The notes below the pieces were generated by a model. It made no database searches. It was not told the origin of the DNA and worked only from the letters and a program-made list of their open reading frames with translations. This document shows positions 19,972 through 28,696 of a stretch of 57,916 nucleotides of DNA, in pieces. Source of the stretch: a bacterium (GTDB taxonomy: Bacteria > Bacteroidota > Ignavibacteria > UBA10030); contig JAZDJN010000058.1 of NCBI GenBank assembly GCA_043803945.1, positions 1-57,916 on the forward strand, read 5' to 3'. The first letter of the stretch is position 1. Each line of letters begins with the position of its first letter. Made by a program: the position numbers and the translations under genes.

Positions 19972-21381
19972 TCAGGAAGAATTTCGTGCAGATATTTTTC
20001 CCGCTGACCAGACCAGCAGCGCGGCAATAAGACCGGGATACATCGGTTCGAGGCCAAACCAGTACATAGGAGATCCGTTCACCTGAATGAGTTGACCAGA
20101 GAGCAGACTCATTGTTGAGATAGACCACCCAAGCAGCATCGACCAAAAGGCATATCGGGAAGGAATCCGGAGCGGTTCAAAATAGCTCGCCATAACCGGA
20201 ACAAGCAGCCCGGGGATTATGGCTGTGCCAATGAAATACCAAATTCCCACCACCGAAGGCACCAACACTGCAAGCAAAATAGAAAACACCGAAGAGATCA
20301 CCAGTCCAATTTTCGTCCATCGTTGGATGAATGCATCCTGGGAAGTGGAATCGCCCGCAAGTTTGGCGGCGATGTCTTTCCCAACCGTCGTCGCGGAAAC
20401 AAACATATAGCTGCTCAACGTCGACATAATCGTTGCAAGCATGCCAATATAGAATAGCCCCTTGGCGACAGGCGGTAAGATCTTTTCCGCAAGAAGCGGG
20501 TAAGCAAAGAGCGGTTCCGGCAAGTTGGGCAGCGCAGCACGGGCATAGAGTCCGGCAACGTTGGTGAGAAAATCAAAACAAAACCAGAACACGATCGAGA
20601 GAAGAATACCCCTCTGCGCTGTTTTTCCATCACGGGCTGCATAGCAGCGCTGGTGAAACGCGGGATCAACGAGGGTCCAGAGAGCAATAAAAAACCAGAC
20701 AGCCACATACTGCCATGACTGTCCCCCATTCCAGATCAGATGCGATGGAGGAACGTGATTTTCGATGAATGAAAGGCCTCCAAAGCGAGCATAAGCGAAT
20801 GGAAGAATCATGGCAAAACCTACGAACATCATCACAAATTCCAGGGCGTTTGCCCAAATCCCCGATCGAAATCCTCCCATGAAGAGATAACAGACAGTGA
20901 TAAAGGTTGTAATCAAAATACAGAGTGTCAGATCAAGGCCGGTGACGAGTTGAACGAGCACTCCCAGCATCAGCACATAGGCGGCTGGCGTGACAAGAAT
21001 GAATGTCAGGAAGCCCCCCAGCAATGCTGTACGCCGATCATACGAGGCTTCGAGCTTATCCGGAATCGTCATGAAATTGGTCGCACGCACTTTCTTTGCC
21101 AGCACCAACGCGAAGAGAAAAGCAAAGAGATAGTATGGAACACCCATGACAATCCAATTCACAATGCCATAGCGATACGAGAACTCCCCTGTACCAAGGA
21201 TTCCTCCGTACCACGTTGAGACAAGTGTTGCAACAAACATGGGGATCGTAAGCGTTCGCCCTGCAAGCAGGTAGTCTTCCTGGCTTTCCTGTCGTTTGCG
21301 GGAAGCACGGATGCCAATAAAGAGAATAGAAGCGGCGTAGACGATGATGAGGAGAATATCGATCGGGCTGAGATGAATCAT
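19972..21381 (-). CDS. Sodium:solute symporter family protein, probable thiamine/precursor importer
   Basis: DYLLAGR, STWYGG, multiple TM helices and ATIMSTLSS; last gene of the TPP-riboswitch operon. Confidence 0.88.
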   Translation of the reverse strand: MIHLSPIDILLIIVYAASILFIGIRASRKRQESQEDYLLAGRTLTIPMFVATLVSTWYGGILGTGEFSYRYGIVNWIVMGVPYYLFAFLFALVLAKKVRATNFMTIPDKLEASYDRRTALLGGFLTFILVTPAAYVLMLGVLVQLVTGLDLTLCILITTFITVCYLFMGGFRSGIWANALEFVMMFVGFAMILPFAYARFGGLSFIENHVPPSHLIWNGGQSWQYVAVWFFIALWTLVDPAFHQRCYAARDGKTAQRGILLSIVFWFCFDFLTNVAGLYARAALPNLPEPLFAYPLLAEKILPPVAKGLFYIGMLATIMSTLSSYMFVSATTVGKDIAAKLAGDSTSQDAFIQRWTKIGLVISSVFSILLAVLVPSVVGIWYFIGTAIIPGLLVPVMASYFEPLRIPSRYAFWSMLLGWSISTMSLLSGQLIQVNGSPMYWFGLEPMYPGLIAALLVWSAGKISARNSS

Positions 21382-21390
21382 GGATTGGTA

Positions 21391-22056
21391 TCAGGCACGC
21401 GTGAGCAGTTTGTAGAGCAGGAGGTTTCCTTTCTGCACGACGACCTTCACAGGATTTGAGGCCACAACATTGCTTGTCCCTTCCCGCACACCGATTTCCA
21501 GTGTCTCATCTGTCAGTGCATATCGTACGCCCTGTGTTGTAACACCCTCGCAGCGTGTCAGTGGAATCAGCGATATCGTGGTGCGGAGCGGAGCTTCAAA
21601 CGATAACTCACGGCCAACGTAGTGCACTTCTCCGAGATCATCAACGAAAACGATGACAGCATCCGGGTAGAATTTTGCCAGAGTACCGAGGTTTCCACAG
21701 GTGTGATCGAGTCGTTTTCCCATCGCACCAACCACGGTGATGTGATCAAATTGATGATTAATTGTCCAGCGAATTGCTTTTTCGAGGTCTGTGGCATCAT
21801 CGTCAAGAATTTCGACGAAGGCTGCCTTTTGAAATTTTACTCTTGTTTCCGTATGGATGGAGTCCATGTCGCCAACGATCGCATCGGGGCGAATACCATA
21901 TTTCAATGCTGCATTTGCCCCACCATCTGCACACACGACAAGCTGTACGGAATTCAACAGATGTTCAACTGTCTGCTTCCTGGGTATTTCACCATTGGCA
22001 ATGATGAGCGCCCGCTTGCCCAAAAGATGGAACTGTGAGGAAGTTTTGGACTTCAT
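21391..22056 (-). CDS. thiN: Thiamine pyrophosphokinase
   Basis: IIANG, CADGGA, GDMDS, TDLEKA, GKRLDH and GTSN motifs. Confidence 0.93.
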   Translation of the reverse strand: MKSKTSSQFHLLGKRALIIANGEIPRKQTVEHLLNSVQLVVCADGGANAALKYGIRPDAIVGDMDSIHTETRVKFQKAAFVEILDDDATDLEKAIRWTINHQFDHITVVGAMGKRLDHTCGNLGTLAKFYPDAVIVFVDDLGEVHYVGRELSFEAPLRTTISLIPLTRCEGVTTQGVRYALTDETLEIGVREGTSNVVASNPVKVVVQKGNLLLYKLLTRA

Positions 22057-22098
22057 GAGATTGGTACTTTCGTCTGAATCATCGGGGCTGAGTGAATG

Positions 22099-22133
22099 AC
22101 CGCCGTCAGAGACGGTGGGTTTCTATGCCTTAC
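22099..22133. repeat. 35-bp dispersed hairpin repeat, copy 2
   Basis: ACCGCCGTCAGAGACGGTGGGTTTCTATGCCTTAC; matches 14294-14328. Confidence 0.85.
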
Positions 22134-22167
22134 CAAAAAGTTCTTAACGGATGTATTTCATACTTCA

Positions 22168-22243
22168 AGGGTGCACAATTTAATAAATATTCGCAAGCCC
22201 ACTGTGGACGAGTTGGCAACTCGTCCTACATTTTGGACACCCT
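22168..22243. repeat. GTAG-type REP hairpin enclosed by short inverted repeats
   Basis: Minus strand GTAGGACGAGTTG-C-CAACTCGTCC (22206-22229), flanked by AGGGTGCACAA / TTGGACACCCT. Confidence 0.6.
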
Positions 22244-22262
22244 ACGGCGACCCAAGCGCATC

Positions 22263-24698
22263 TTACAGTTTTATCCTTAGAGATGCAAAGAGGTTGCGAT
22301 CGGCAGCCGGAAAGAATTCGTCTCCTTCTCCATGGGCTGCATAAAACGAATTGAAAAGATTATTAACCTGGAGCTTGAGTTCCAGCTCTTGACCGACCGG
22401 TTGAATATTAAGCCGATAGGAGAGCCAGCCATGAACAACAGTGTATGCATCCACCATCCGATCGGGATTCGCCTTTCCAGGGCGCTGGAAATTATCGGTC
22501 GCAAACTCACCGACGTGTTGGAGTGCTAGCGAAGCAAAAAAATCACCGGTATGGTACGTTGCACGTACATTGGCGAGGAAATCCGGAAAACCCGCTATCG
22601 AGTTGCCATCCAACGAAAAGGGTTCACTATCCTGAAACACGGTATAATGGATCAATCGATTTTGGCTGAACGTTGCATTTCCGCTAAGATCGAACAAATC
22701 CAGTACTTTTGCTGAGCCGCTGAGTTCGATACCAAGATGCCTTGTCTTTTCTGCATTACCTGTGACCGGCTGACCAAATCGATCAAGCTGCCCTTTCTTG
22801 ATGATCTCATCGATGAATTCCATCATGTAAAGATTCACACTGATATTGATATCACCCTTCCTGTATCCTGCACCCAGTTCCACACTCGTGAGTTTCTCAG
22901 GTCGAACCAGCGGTGAGGTAAAATCATATGTTCGATCCGTTCGCAGAGAGAATTGTGGTGTTACCGGCCCCAATGATTCAGGAGTACTCGCTTCAGCGGC
23001 GTCGTATAAATTTTTCAGTCGCGGTTCACGCGACGTACGAGCCACTTGTGAATAGACATGAAACTGCTCGTCGATATTATAATTGAGGCCAATCCGGGGA
23101 TTAAGAAAGTGGTAGGGCATCGAGAAGTCAGTGCCGATGTACTTCTCATCATGCAATCTATACTCATTTAAAACATATTGGAGGTCAAGCTGCAGATTCA
23201 ATACCGGATTCAACGTATAGAGCTCATGCGCAGAGAGGGAAAATATTTCTTTTCTCCCCCGATATTCATAGTAGCGATAGTCCGGTGTAACACCTAAAGG
23301 GAGTTGCGCTCCCCATCGAAGCGATCCCCAGTGTTGTGAGCGATGAAGCCGGAACTCTGCTCCAACAGTCAATTCCCCATGCTGATGAAGGAGTGTTGCT
23401 CGCGGGAGCCATCCATACTGAACATTGCGCACAACAGCGTGAACCAGCGCACCGGGAATATACTGATTATCCGGATCGCCGTTCACAGAAAATCCATTGG
23501 CGGGTGTAATGCGATAGTATGAATAGGGTGCCCATGATCCATCATAATCGAAGAACCCTTCGCCGGTAACAAGAAAGAGAGCATTATTAATGATCAGGCC
23601 GTCGGAGAATCGCCATTCATGCAGCAGCTCATAATGCGGCTGGCTGAAGTTTTCAATCTCTTCAGAACGCGCGAGTGGGTTCCTTCTCCGCCGGGCATTA
23701 TCGCTTGAATAGGCATCATCTTTGGAAATTCCATAATAGGTAAGGTGATCGGCAATCGGGCCGCCGTAAAAGTTGAATTGCGTCGTCATGGTTTTATCAT
23801 ACCGAACTGCGCCAAGGAAATAGCTGGAAAAATCTATCCACGATTGCTCGCGGTAGCCGGCGCTCAATAACCGCGATAATCGTCCATAGAATTGATACCG
23901 TTCACCGACCAGGCCGGAATTTATGGCAATCGAATATTTCCGTGTGGCATAGCTTCCAACACCGGTAGAAACATCGACTCCTGTGGGTTTCGTAAACGTT
24001 GTCGTGATAAGATTAACCGAACCGCCGATCGCTGCCTGGCCATAAAAGGCATTCCCTCCTCCGCGCTGCACCTGGATATCCTGTACATTGGAAACCAGGT
24101 CTGGAAAATCCAGCCAATAGACATTGTGATCTTCAGGGTCGTTCTGAGGAATTCCATTAATCATTACGGCAATCCGCCGCTGATCGAATCCCCGAATGTT
24201 CAAATAGTTATATCCTATCCCATTTCCATTCTCTGAATAGAAGGTTGTTGAGGGCAACTCCGAGAGAAGCTGAGGGATATCCTGTGTGGTGTAGCGTTCG
24301 AGGAGCTCTTCTGAAGTGATGGTAGAAAAAGCGACGGGATTTTCTCTTTCGCGTACTCTCGTTGCCGTAACCACGATTGTTTGTCCGGGGAGAAGAATCT
24401 GTTCCAGCAAGAATTCAATCGGACCATGCTCCTCCGGCTTTATCGTGATTTTTCCGGCACGATAACCAATATAGCTGGCCTGGACTGTGTAGGTCCCGGT
24501 GGGAATATTTCTAAGTTCAAAAACTCCCTCGTTCGTCGTCGTTGTTCCGTATCGGGATCCAACCAGTACAATATTTGCGCCAGGGAGTGGTTGACGTGTC
24601 TCCTTATCGATGACACGTCCTCTGATTTGTATCGCTTCTTGCGCAACCATTGCCGTCACACAGAAGAGTGTCAGCACTACCGATGTTAAAGATTTCAT
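22263..24698 (-). CDS. TonB-dependent receptor (probable thiamine uptake), with N-terminal carboxypeptidase-regulatory-like domain
   Basis: Signal peptide from MKSLTS, VVTATR TonB-box-like motif, IRGF..INGIP plug and a C-terminal NNLFN barrel motif; TPP riboswitch in leader. Confidence 0.93.
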   Translation of the reverse strand: MKSLTSVVLTLFCVTAMVAQEAIQIRGRVIDKETRQPLPGANIVLVGSRYGTTTTNEGVFELRNIPTGTYTVQASYIGYRAGKITIKPEEHGPIEFLLEQILLPGQTIVVTATRVRERENPVAFSTITSEELLERYTTQDIPQLLSELPSTTFYSENGNGIGYNYLNIRGFDQRRIAVMINGIPQNDPEDHNVYWLDFPDLVSNVQDIQVQRGGGNAFYGQAAIGGSVNLITTTFTKPTGVDVSTGVGSYATRKYSIAINSGLVGERYQFYGRLSRLLSAGYREQSWIDFSSYFLGAVRYDKTMTTQFNFYGGPIADHLTYYGISKDDAYSSDNARRRRNPLARSEEIENFSQPHYELLHEWRFSDGLIINNALFLVTGEGFFDYDGSWAPYSYYRITPANGFSVNGDPDNQYIPGALVHAVVRNVQYGWLPRATLLHQHGELTVGAEFRLHRSQHWGSLRWGAQLPLGVTPDYRYYEYRGRKEIFSLSAHELYTLNPVLNLQLDLQYVLNEYRLHDEKYIGTDFSMPYHFLNPRIGLNYNIDEQFHVYSQVARTSREPRLKNLYDAAEASTPESLGPVTPQFSLRTDRTYDFTSPLVRPEKLTSVELGAGYRKGDINISVNLYMMEFIDEIIKKGQLDRFGQPVTGNAEKTRHLGIELSGSAKVLDLFDLSGNATFSQNRLIHYTVFQDSEPFSLDGNSIAGFPDFLANVRATYHTGDFFASLALQHVGEFATDNFQRPGKANPDRMVDAYTVVHGWLSYRLNIQPVGQELELKLQVNNLFNSFYAAHGEGDEFFPAADRNLFASLRIKL

Positions 24699-24781
24699 TG
24701 TGTCCTCATCCTCTAAAAAACACAAAAGCCATTTTCCTTGAGAGAGAGTTTCAGGAAAACGGCTTCCGAAAAAAACTGTAT

Positions 24782-24876
24782 TCCGTTTTCCTTCGCTGGT
24801 ATGATCCAGGTCAGGTTCAAAGGGTCTGCTCTCAGCCACGCTCTGCCTCATTGAGCGGCGTGACACCCCTAACGGA
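24782..24876 (-). promoter_or_regulatory. TPP (THI-box) riboswitch
   Basis: Minus strand GGGGTG..GCTGAGA..ACCCTTTGAACCTGACCTGGATCATACCAGCGAAGGAA with P1 TCCGTT/AACGGA; upstream of the TBDR-thiN-SSS operon. Confidence 0.96.
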
Positions 24877-24909
24877 TAGAATGAATGCACAGTGTAAAAG
24901 AACTGTTCA

Positions 24910-24938
24910 AATATACCATGCCAATACTCTGTTGTCAA
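24910..24938 (-). promoter_or_regulatory. Sigma70 promoter of thiamine operon
   Basis: TTGACA-17 nt-TATATT (extended TG) on the minus strand, ~30 nt upstream of the riboswitch. Confidence 0.65.
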
Positions 24939-25032
24939 GATTGGGAAAAAAATACTCTCCTTGCCTACCACCCTTTTTTTCTTTATTTTTTCATTACCAG
25001 AACCTAAAAACGATTAATTGTTTCCTTGTCAT

Positions 25033-25872
25033 ATGAGCCTTCGCATCGAGAATGTCGCCTTTCGTTATCCGAACCTTCCCGTGCTGCGCGATATCTCGTT
25101 CACCCTCCAGAGCGGAGAGTTTCTAAGCTTACTCGGTCCAAACGGCTGCGGTAAAAGCACGCTGCTTCGCCTGCTCGATCGAATTCTCATCCCTGATCAA
25201 GGCAATATTTCACTTGACGGAAAACCACTCTCCTTATTTTCCCGGAAGGAAATCGCACGCCGTATTGCCTTTGTACCGCAGGAGAGCCTGTGGGCATTTC
25301 CGTTTAGTGTGATCGAGGTTGTTCTTATGGGCCGTGCGCCGCACATCGGCCGGCTCGGCTTTGAGAGCGATCAGGATGTTGCCATCGCCCGGGAGATGAT
25401 GCAACTCACCGATATCGCGCATCTTGCCGATAAGCCTATTACAGCACTGTCAGGAGGCGAACGCCAGCGGGCCCTGATAGCCCGTGCATTGACCCAGGAG
25501 CCTGAAATTCTACTGCTTGATGAACCGAATGCACATCTCGATATCTCGCATCAGCTCGAAGTGTTTGAAATTTTACAGGAGCTCAACAACACACGAAATC
25601 TCTGCATTATCTCAGTCTCTCACGATTTGAATCTTTCTGCGGCTTTCAGTAAGCGCATCCTATTACTTGCATCACCTCATCCTCAACAGAGCGCCTCAAC
25701 AATTGTTGCCCTGGGTACGCCGGAGGAGGTGTTGAACGAAGAACGTGTCGCCGCAGTATTTGGTACACCAGTAATTGTCGATCGTCACCCAAATGGCTCC
25801 TCGGTGAGAATCTCCTTAAGCCCAACAGGGAAACGCTCCGGCATTCCCCACACCATTAGCACGAACCTGTAA
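25033..25872 (+). CDS. ABC transporter ATP-binding protein, iron-siderophore/heme/cobalamin type (FepC/HmuV/BtuD-like)
   Basis: GPNGCGKST, LSGGERQR, LLLDEP and SHDLN motifs. Confidence 0.92.
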   Translation: MSLRIENVAFRYPNLPVLRDISFTLQSGEFLSLLGPNGCGKSTLLRLLDRILIPDQGNISLDGKPLSLFSRKEIARRIAFVPQESLWAFPFSVIEVVLMGRAPHIGRLGFESDQDVAIAREMMQLTDIAHLADKPITALSGGERQRALIARALTQEPEILLLDEPNAHLDISHQLEVFEILQELNNTRNLCIISVSHDLNLSAAFSKRILLLASPHPQQSASTIVALGTPEEVLNEERVAAVFGTPVIVDRHPNGSSVRISLSPTGKRSGIPHTISTNL

Positions 25873-25878
25873 GAACCT

Positions 25879-26358
25879 ATGTCTATTAAACGTCGACAAA
25901 TTCGTGAGAAAGTACTCCAGGCATTATATGCTTATGAGATCTCGCGCGAGCCAATTCAGTTAATTCTCGACACGATTGTGGTCAGTTTGAAACAGGAGCC
26001 GGAGGTGTACGAGTTTGCCCGGCAGCTTATTATGAAAGCTATCGAGACAGAGGGAGAATTAGATACTCTTATTAAAGGCCGCGTCGCAAACTGGGAATTT
26101 AGCCGGATTGCCGTCGTCGATAAGATTATCTTGCGGATGTGTCTCTGCGAGATGCTCTACTTTGAAGATATTCCGCCGAAGGTGTCAATCAATGAAGCGA
26201 TTGAGATCGCGCGCCGCTACAGCACAGAGAAAAGCGATAAGTTTGTCAACGGTGTCCTGGATTCGATCCTTATCGATCTCAAGAAACACGGGAGGGTTCG
26301 CAAAGCAGGAAGGGGGCTGCTCGAGACTACACTCCATAAGAAAAAATCAGACGAATGA
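25879..26358 (+). CDS. nusB: Transcription antitermination factor NusB
   Basis: RRQIREKVLQALY, DIPPKVSINEAIEIA and FVNGVLD motifs. Confidence 0.96.
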   Translation: MSIKRRQIREKVLQALYAYEISREPIQLILDTIVVSLKQEPEVYEFARQLIMKAIETEGELDTLIKGRVANWEFSRIAVVDKIILRMCLCEMLYFEDIPPKVSINEAIEIARRYSTEKSDKFVNGVLDSILIDLKKHGRVRKAGRGLLETTLHKKKSDE

Positions 26359-27638
26359 CCACCTCGCCCGCTCCCTCCACTGACATCCGGTCTGCTTCCC
26401 GCAGACAGATTTTTTCATGGGCCCTGTTCGATTTTGCCAACACCGGTTTTTACGTTATTATCATCACTCTTATCTTTCCCATCTACTTTAATGCAGTCAT
26501 TGCCGGCGGCAACAATGCCTATTGGGGAAGAACAATTTCAGCGTCCATGCTCATCACCGCGCTTTTCGGACCACTCATTGGATCGATTGCCGATATCACC
26601 AATCGAAAGAAATTTTTTCTGGCCCTCCTCACCGTCGCCTGCGTCATAGCGACGATTGGCCTCTATTTCACCTCTGCGTCAACATTTTGGCTCGCAGTGA
26701 TTTTGCTCATTATCGCCAACGTGGGATTTGAAGGAGGGACGATTTTCTACGATGCCTTCCTGCCGGAAATTACTACTCCGTATAACTATGGTCGAGTCTC
26801 GGGATATGGCTTTGCGCTGGGGTATCTCGGTTCGTTTGCAGTTCTGATAATCATTCTTCCCCTTCTTTCGGGAAGCGATGGCAATGCGAATGTCCCGATT
26901 ACGTTTCTTATTGCAGCAGGATTCTTCGCTCTTTTTTCATTACCGCTCTTCTTTCTCGTGCGTGAGCAGCACCTCCCGCGAACATCGACCCATCACCCTC
27001 TCGTGGAAGGATACTACCGGCTATATGATACCTTTACTCATCTCAATCAGTACGATTCTGTAAAACGTTTTCTGCTCTCCTTCTTCGTATACAATGACAG
27101 TATTCTCACTGTCATCTTTTTCTCCGGAATATTTGCCCAGCAGACACTCGGCCTCTCATTGGAAGACCTGATCTATTTCTTTATGCTCGTTCAGGGTACA
27201 GCCTTCATCGGCTCGTTGCTCTTTGGATTGATCACCAATAAGGTTGGGCCCCGTCAAGCTATTGCGATGACCTTGCTAATCTGGCTGGGAATTATTGCCA
27301 GTGCTGCAGTGATTGAATCCCGGGCGGCATTTTTTATCCTCGGAGGAATAGCCGGAACTGCACTTGGCTCATCGCAATCCACAAGCCGAGCTATGATGGC
27401 CTTGCTGACTCCGGTGGAGAAAAAAACTGAGTTCTTCGGTTTTTACAATGGCTTTTTTGGGAAGGCCTCGGCGGTCATCGGTCCGCTGATCTTTGGAGAA
27501 GCCTCATCAATGTTTGGTCAACGCCCGGCCATTCTCATCATCGGCGGCCTTATGCTTCTCGGATTCTTTTTACTGATGCGGGTGCCCGATATCCGGGCCC
27601 AGAAAATGACTGTACCCGATTCATCGTCAAAAAGTTGA
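26355..27638 (+). CDS. MFS transporter (UMF1/ATG22-like)
   Basis: SWALFDFAN, FYDAFLPEI, GRVSGYG..GYLG and EFFGFY motifs; many TM helices. Confidence 0.88.
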   Translation: MTTSPAPSTDIRSASRRQIFSWALFDFANTGFYVIIITLIFPIYFNAVIAGGNNAYWGRTISASMLITALFGPLIGSIADITNRKKFFLALLTVACVIATIGLYFTSASTFWLAVILLIIANVGFEGGTIFYDAFLPEITTPYNYGRVSGYGFALGYLGSFAVLIIILPLLSGSDGNANVPITFLIAAGFFALFSLPLFFLVREQHLPRTSTHHPLVEGYYRLYDTFTHLNQYDSVKRFLLSFFVYNDSILTVIFFSGIFAQQTLGLSLEDLIYFFMLVQGTAFIGSLLFGLITNKVGPRQAIAMTLLIWLGIIASAAVIESRAAFFILGGIAGTALGSSQSTSRAMMALLTPVEKKTEFFGFYNGFFGKASAVIGPLIFGEASSMFGQRPAILIIGGLMLLGFFLLMRVPDIRAQKMTVPDSSSKS

Positions 27639-27709
27639 GAGATGCGATCGATAGTTATTCACGAATCATCGTAGATGACCCTATCATTTTGATATCGGAG
27701 GACCTTCAT

Positions 27710-28636
27710 ATGACAAAGAAACTATTTTTCATTATCACCATCGGCCTTATCATTTTCACCGGGTGCACACAAAACAAAGAATCCTCTGCAGCCGATACGG
27801 TACTCCAGGTCCTCATTCCGGAATCTGCAGCGCCAGTACTCATTGCTCAAGTCGATTCGTTCAAAGCGCTTCGACCTGAACTTGCACCTTCCCTTTCATT
27901 CTCAGTTTTACAGTCTGAGGAAACGATTGTGCAATTCACCAGAAATAACGCGAGGCTTATTTTCACGACACGAAAATTGTCATCGGAGGAGAAGCATTTA
28001 GTTTCCGACAATCCTCAAGATATTGACGAAGTGCTTGTTGCGTACGATGCCATCGCTGTTATAACCCATGGCAAGATCAGGACAGCTCAAGTGTCCACCG
28101 ATGAATTGCAGGGCATTCTTACAGGTACGATCACCCGCTGGGAACAACTGGAGCATGCGAATGGCACCTCGGGCCGAATCAAGGTCATCCTTCAGGATTC
28201 ATCCGATGTTGCCGCATATTTGAAAGGACGACTGTTGAGGGAAAAGCCCTTGCGAAATGATTTCCATCGCACAAACAGCAGTGCAATGACCGCCCTTGCG
28301 GTAGATGCAACGCCGCAAGGGATTGGATTCGTTGCCTTAAGCTGGGTGGATACGATCAACACGAACATTCGTGTACTCAAACTTACAGAAAAGGAAGCGC
28401 TTACGGATACATTGTATCAGGTAGCCGAATTAGCACGCGGACAATATTTTCTGCCGCATCCTGCCAATATTTTCCGAAAGTTCTACCCACTGCGTCAGGC
28501 TGTGTATCTCTATGCTCGCGTTGAACGAAAAATAATTGTGCCAAGTTTCTCACGCTATGTCACGAGCAAAGGACAACGATATTTCCTGTATAAGGGGCTC
28601 TTACCGGCAGCACAACCAATTCGACTGGGAAGTTAA
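27710..28636 (+). CDS. Lipoprotein substrate-binding protein (PBP/PstS-like fold)
   Basis: FTGC lipobox after GGAGG RBS; VAYDAIAVI, GTITRW, GIGFV and YPLRQAVYLY motifs. Confidence 0.75.
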   Translation: MTKKLFFIITIGLIIFTGCTQNKESSAADTVLQVLIPESAAPVLIAQVDSFKALRPELAPSLSFSVLQSEETIVQFTRNNARLIFTTRKLSSEEKHLVSDNPQDIDEVLVAYDAIAVITHGKIRTAQVSTDELQGILTGTITRWEQLEHANGTSGRIKVILQDSSDVAAYLKGRLLREKPLRNDFHRTNSSAMTALAVDATPQGIGFVALSWVDTINTNIRVLKLTEKEALTDTLYQVAELARGQYFLPHPANIFRKFYPLRQAVYLYARVERKIIVPSFSRYVTSKGQRYFLYKGLLPAAQPIRLGS

Positions 28637-28645
28637 GAGGAAAAG

Positions 28646-28692
28646 AGGTCACATCGAACCCTGTCTGTGACAGGATTCGATGTGGTTCTTTA
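28646..28692. terminator. Bidirectional terminator hairpin between convergent genes
   Basis: CACATCGAACCCTGTC-TGT-GACAGGATTCGATGTG. Confidence 0.7.
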
Positions 28693-28696
28693 AAGT

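Noticed and set aside
24699-24971. 91-aa N-terminal extension of the TBDR ORF
   Set aside because: It runs through the riboswitch and promoter; the signal peptide and RBS point to ATG 24698.
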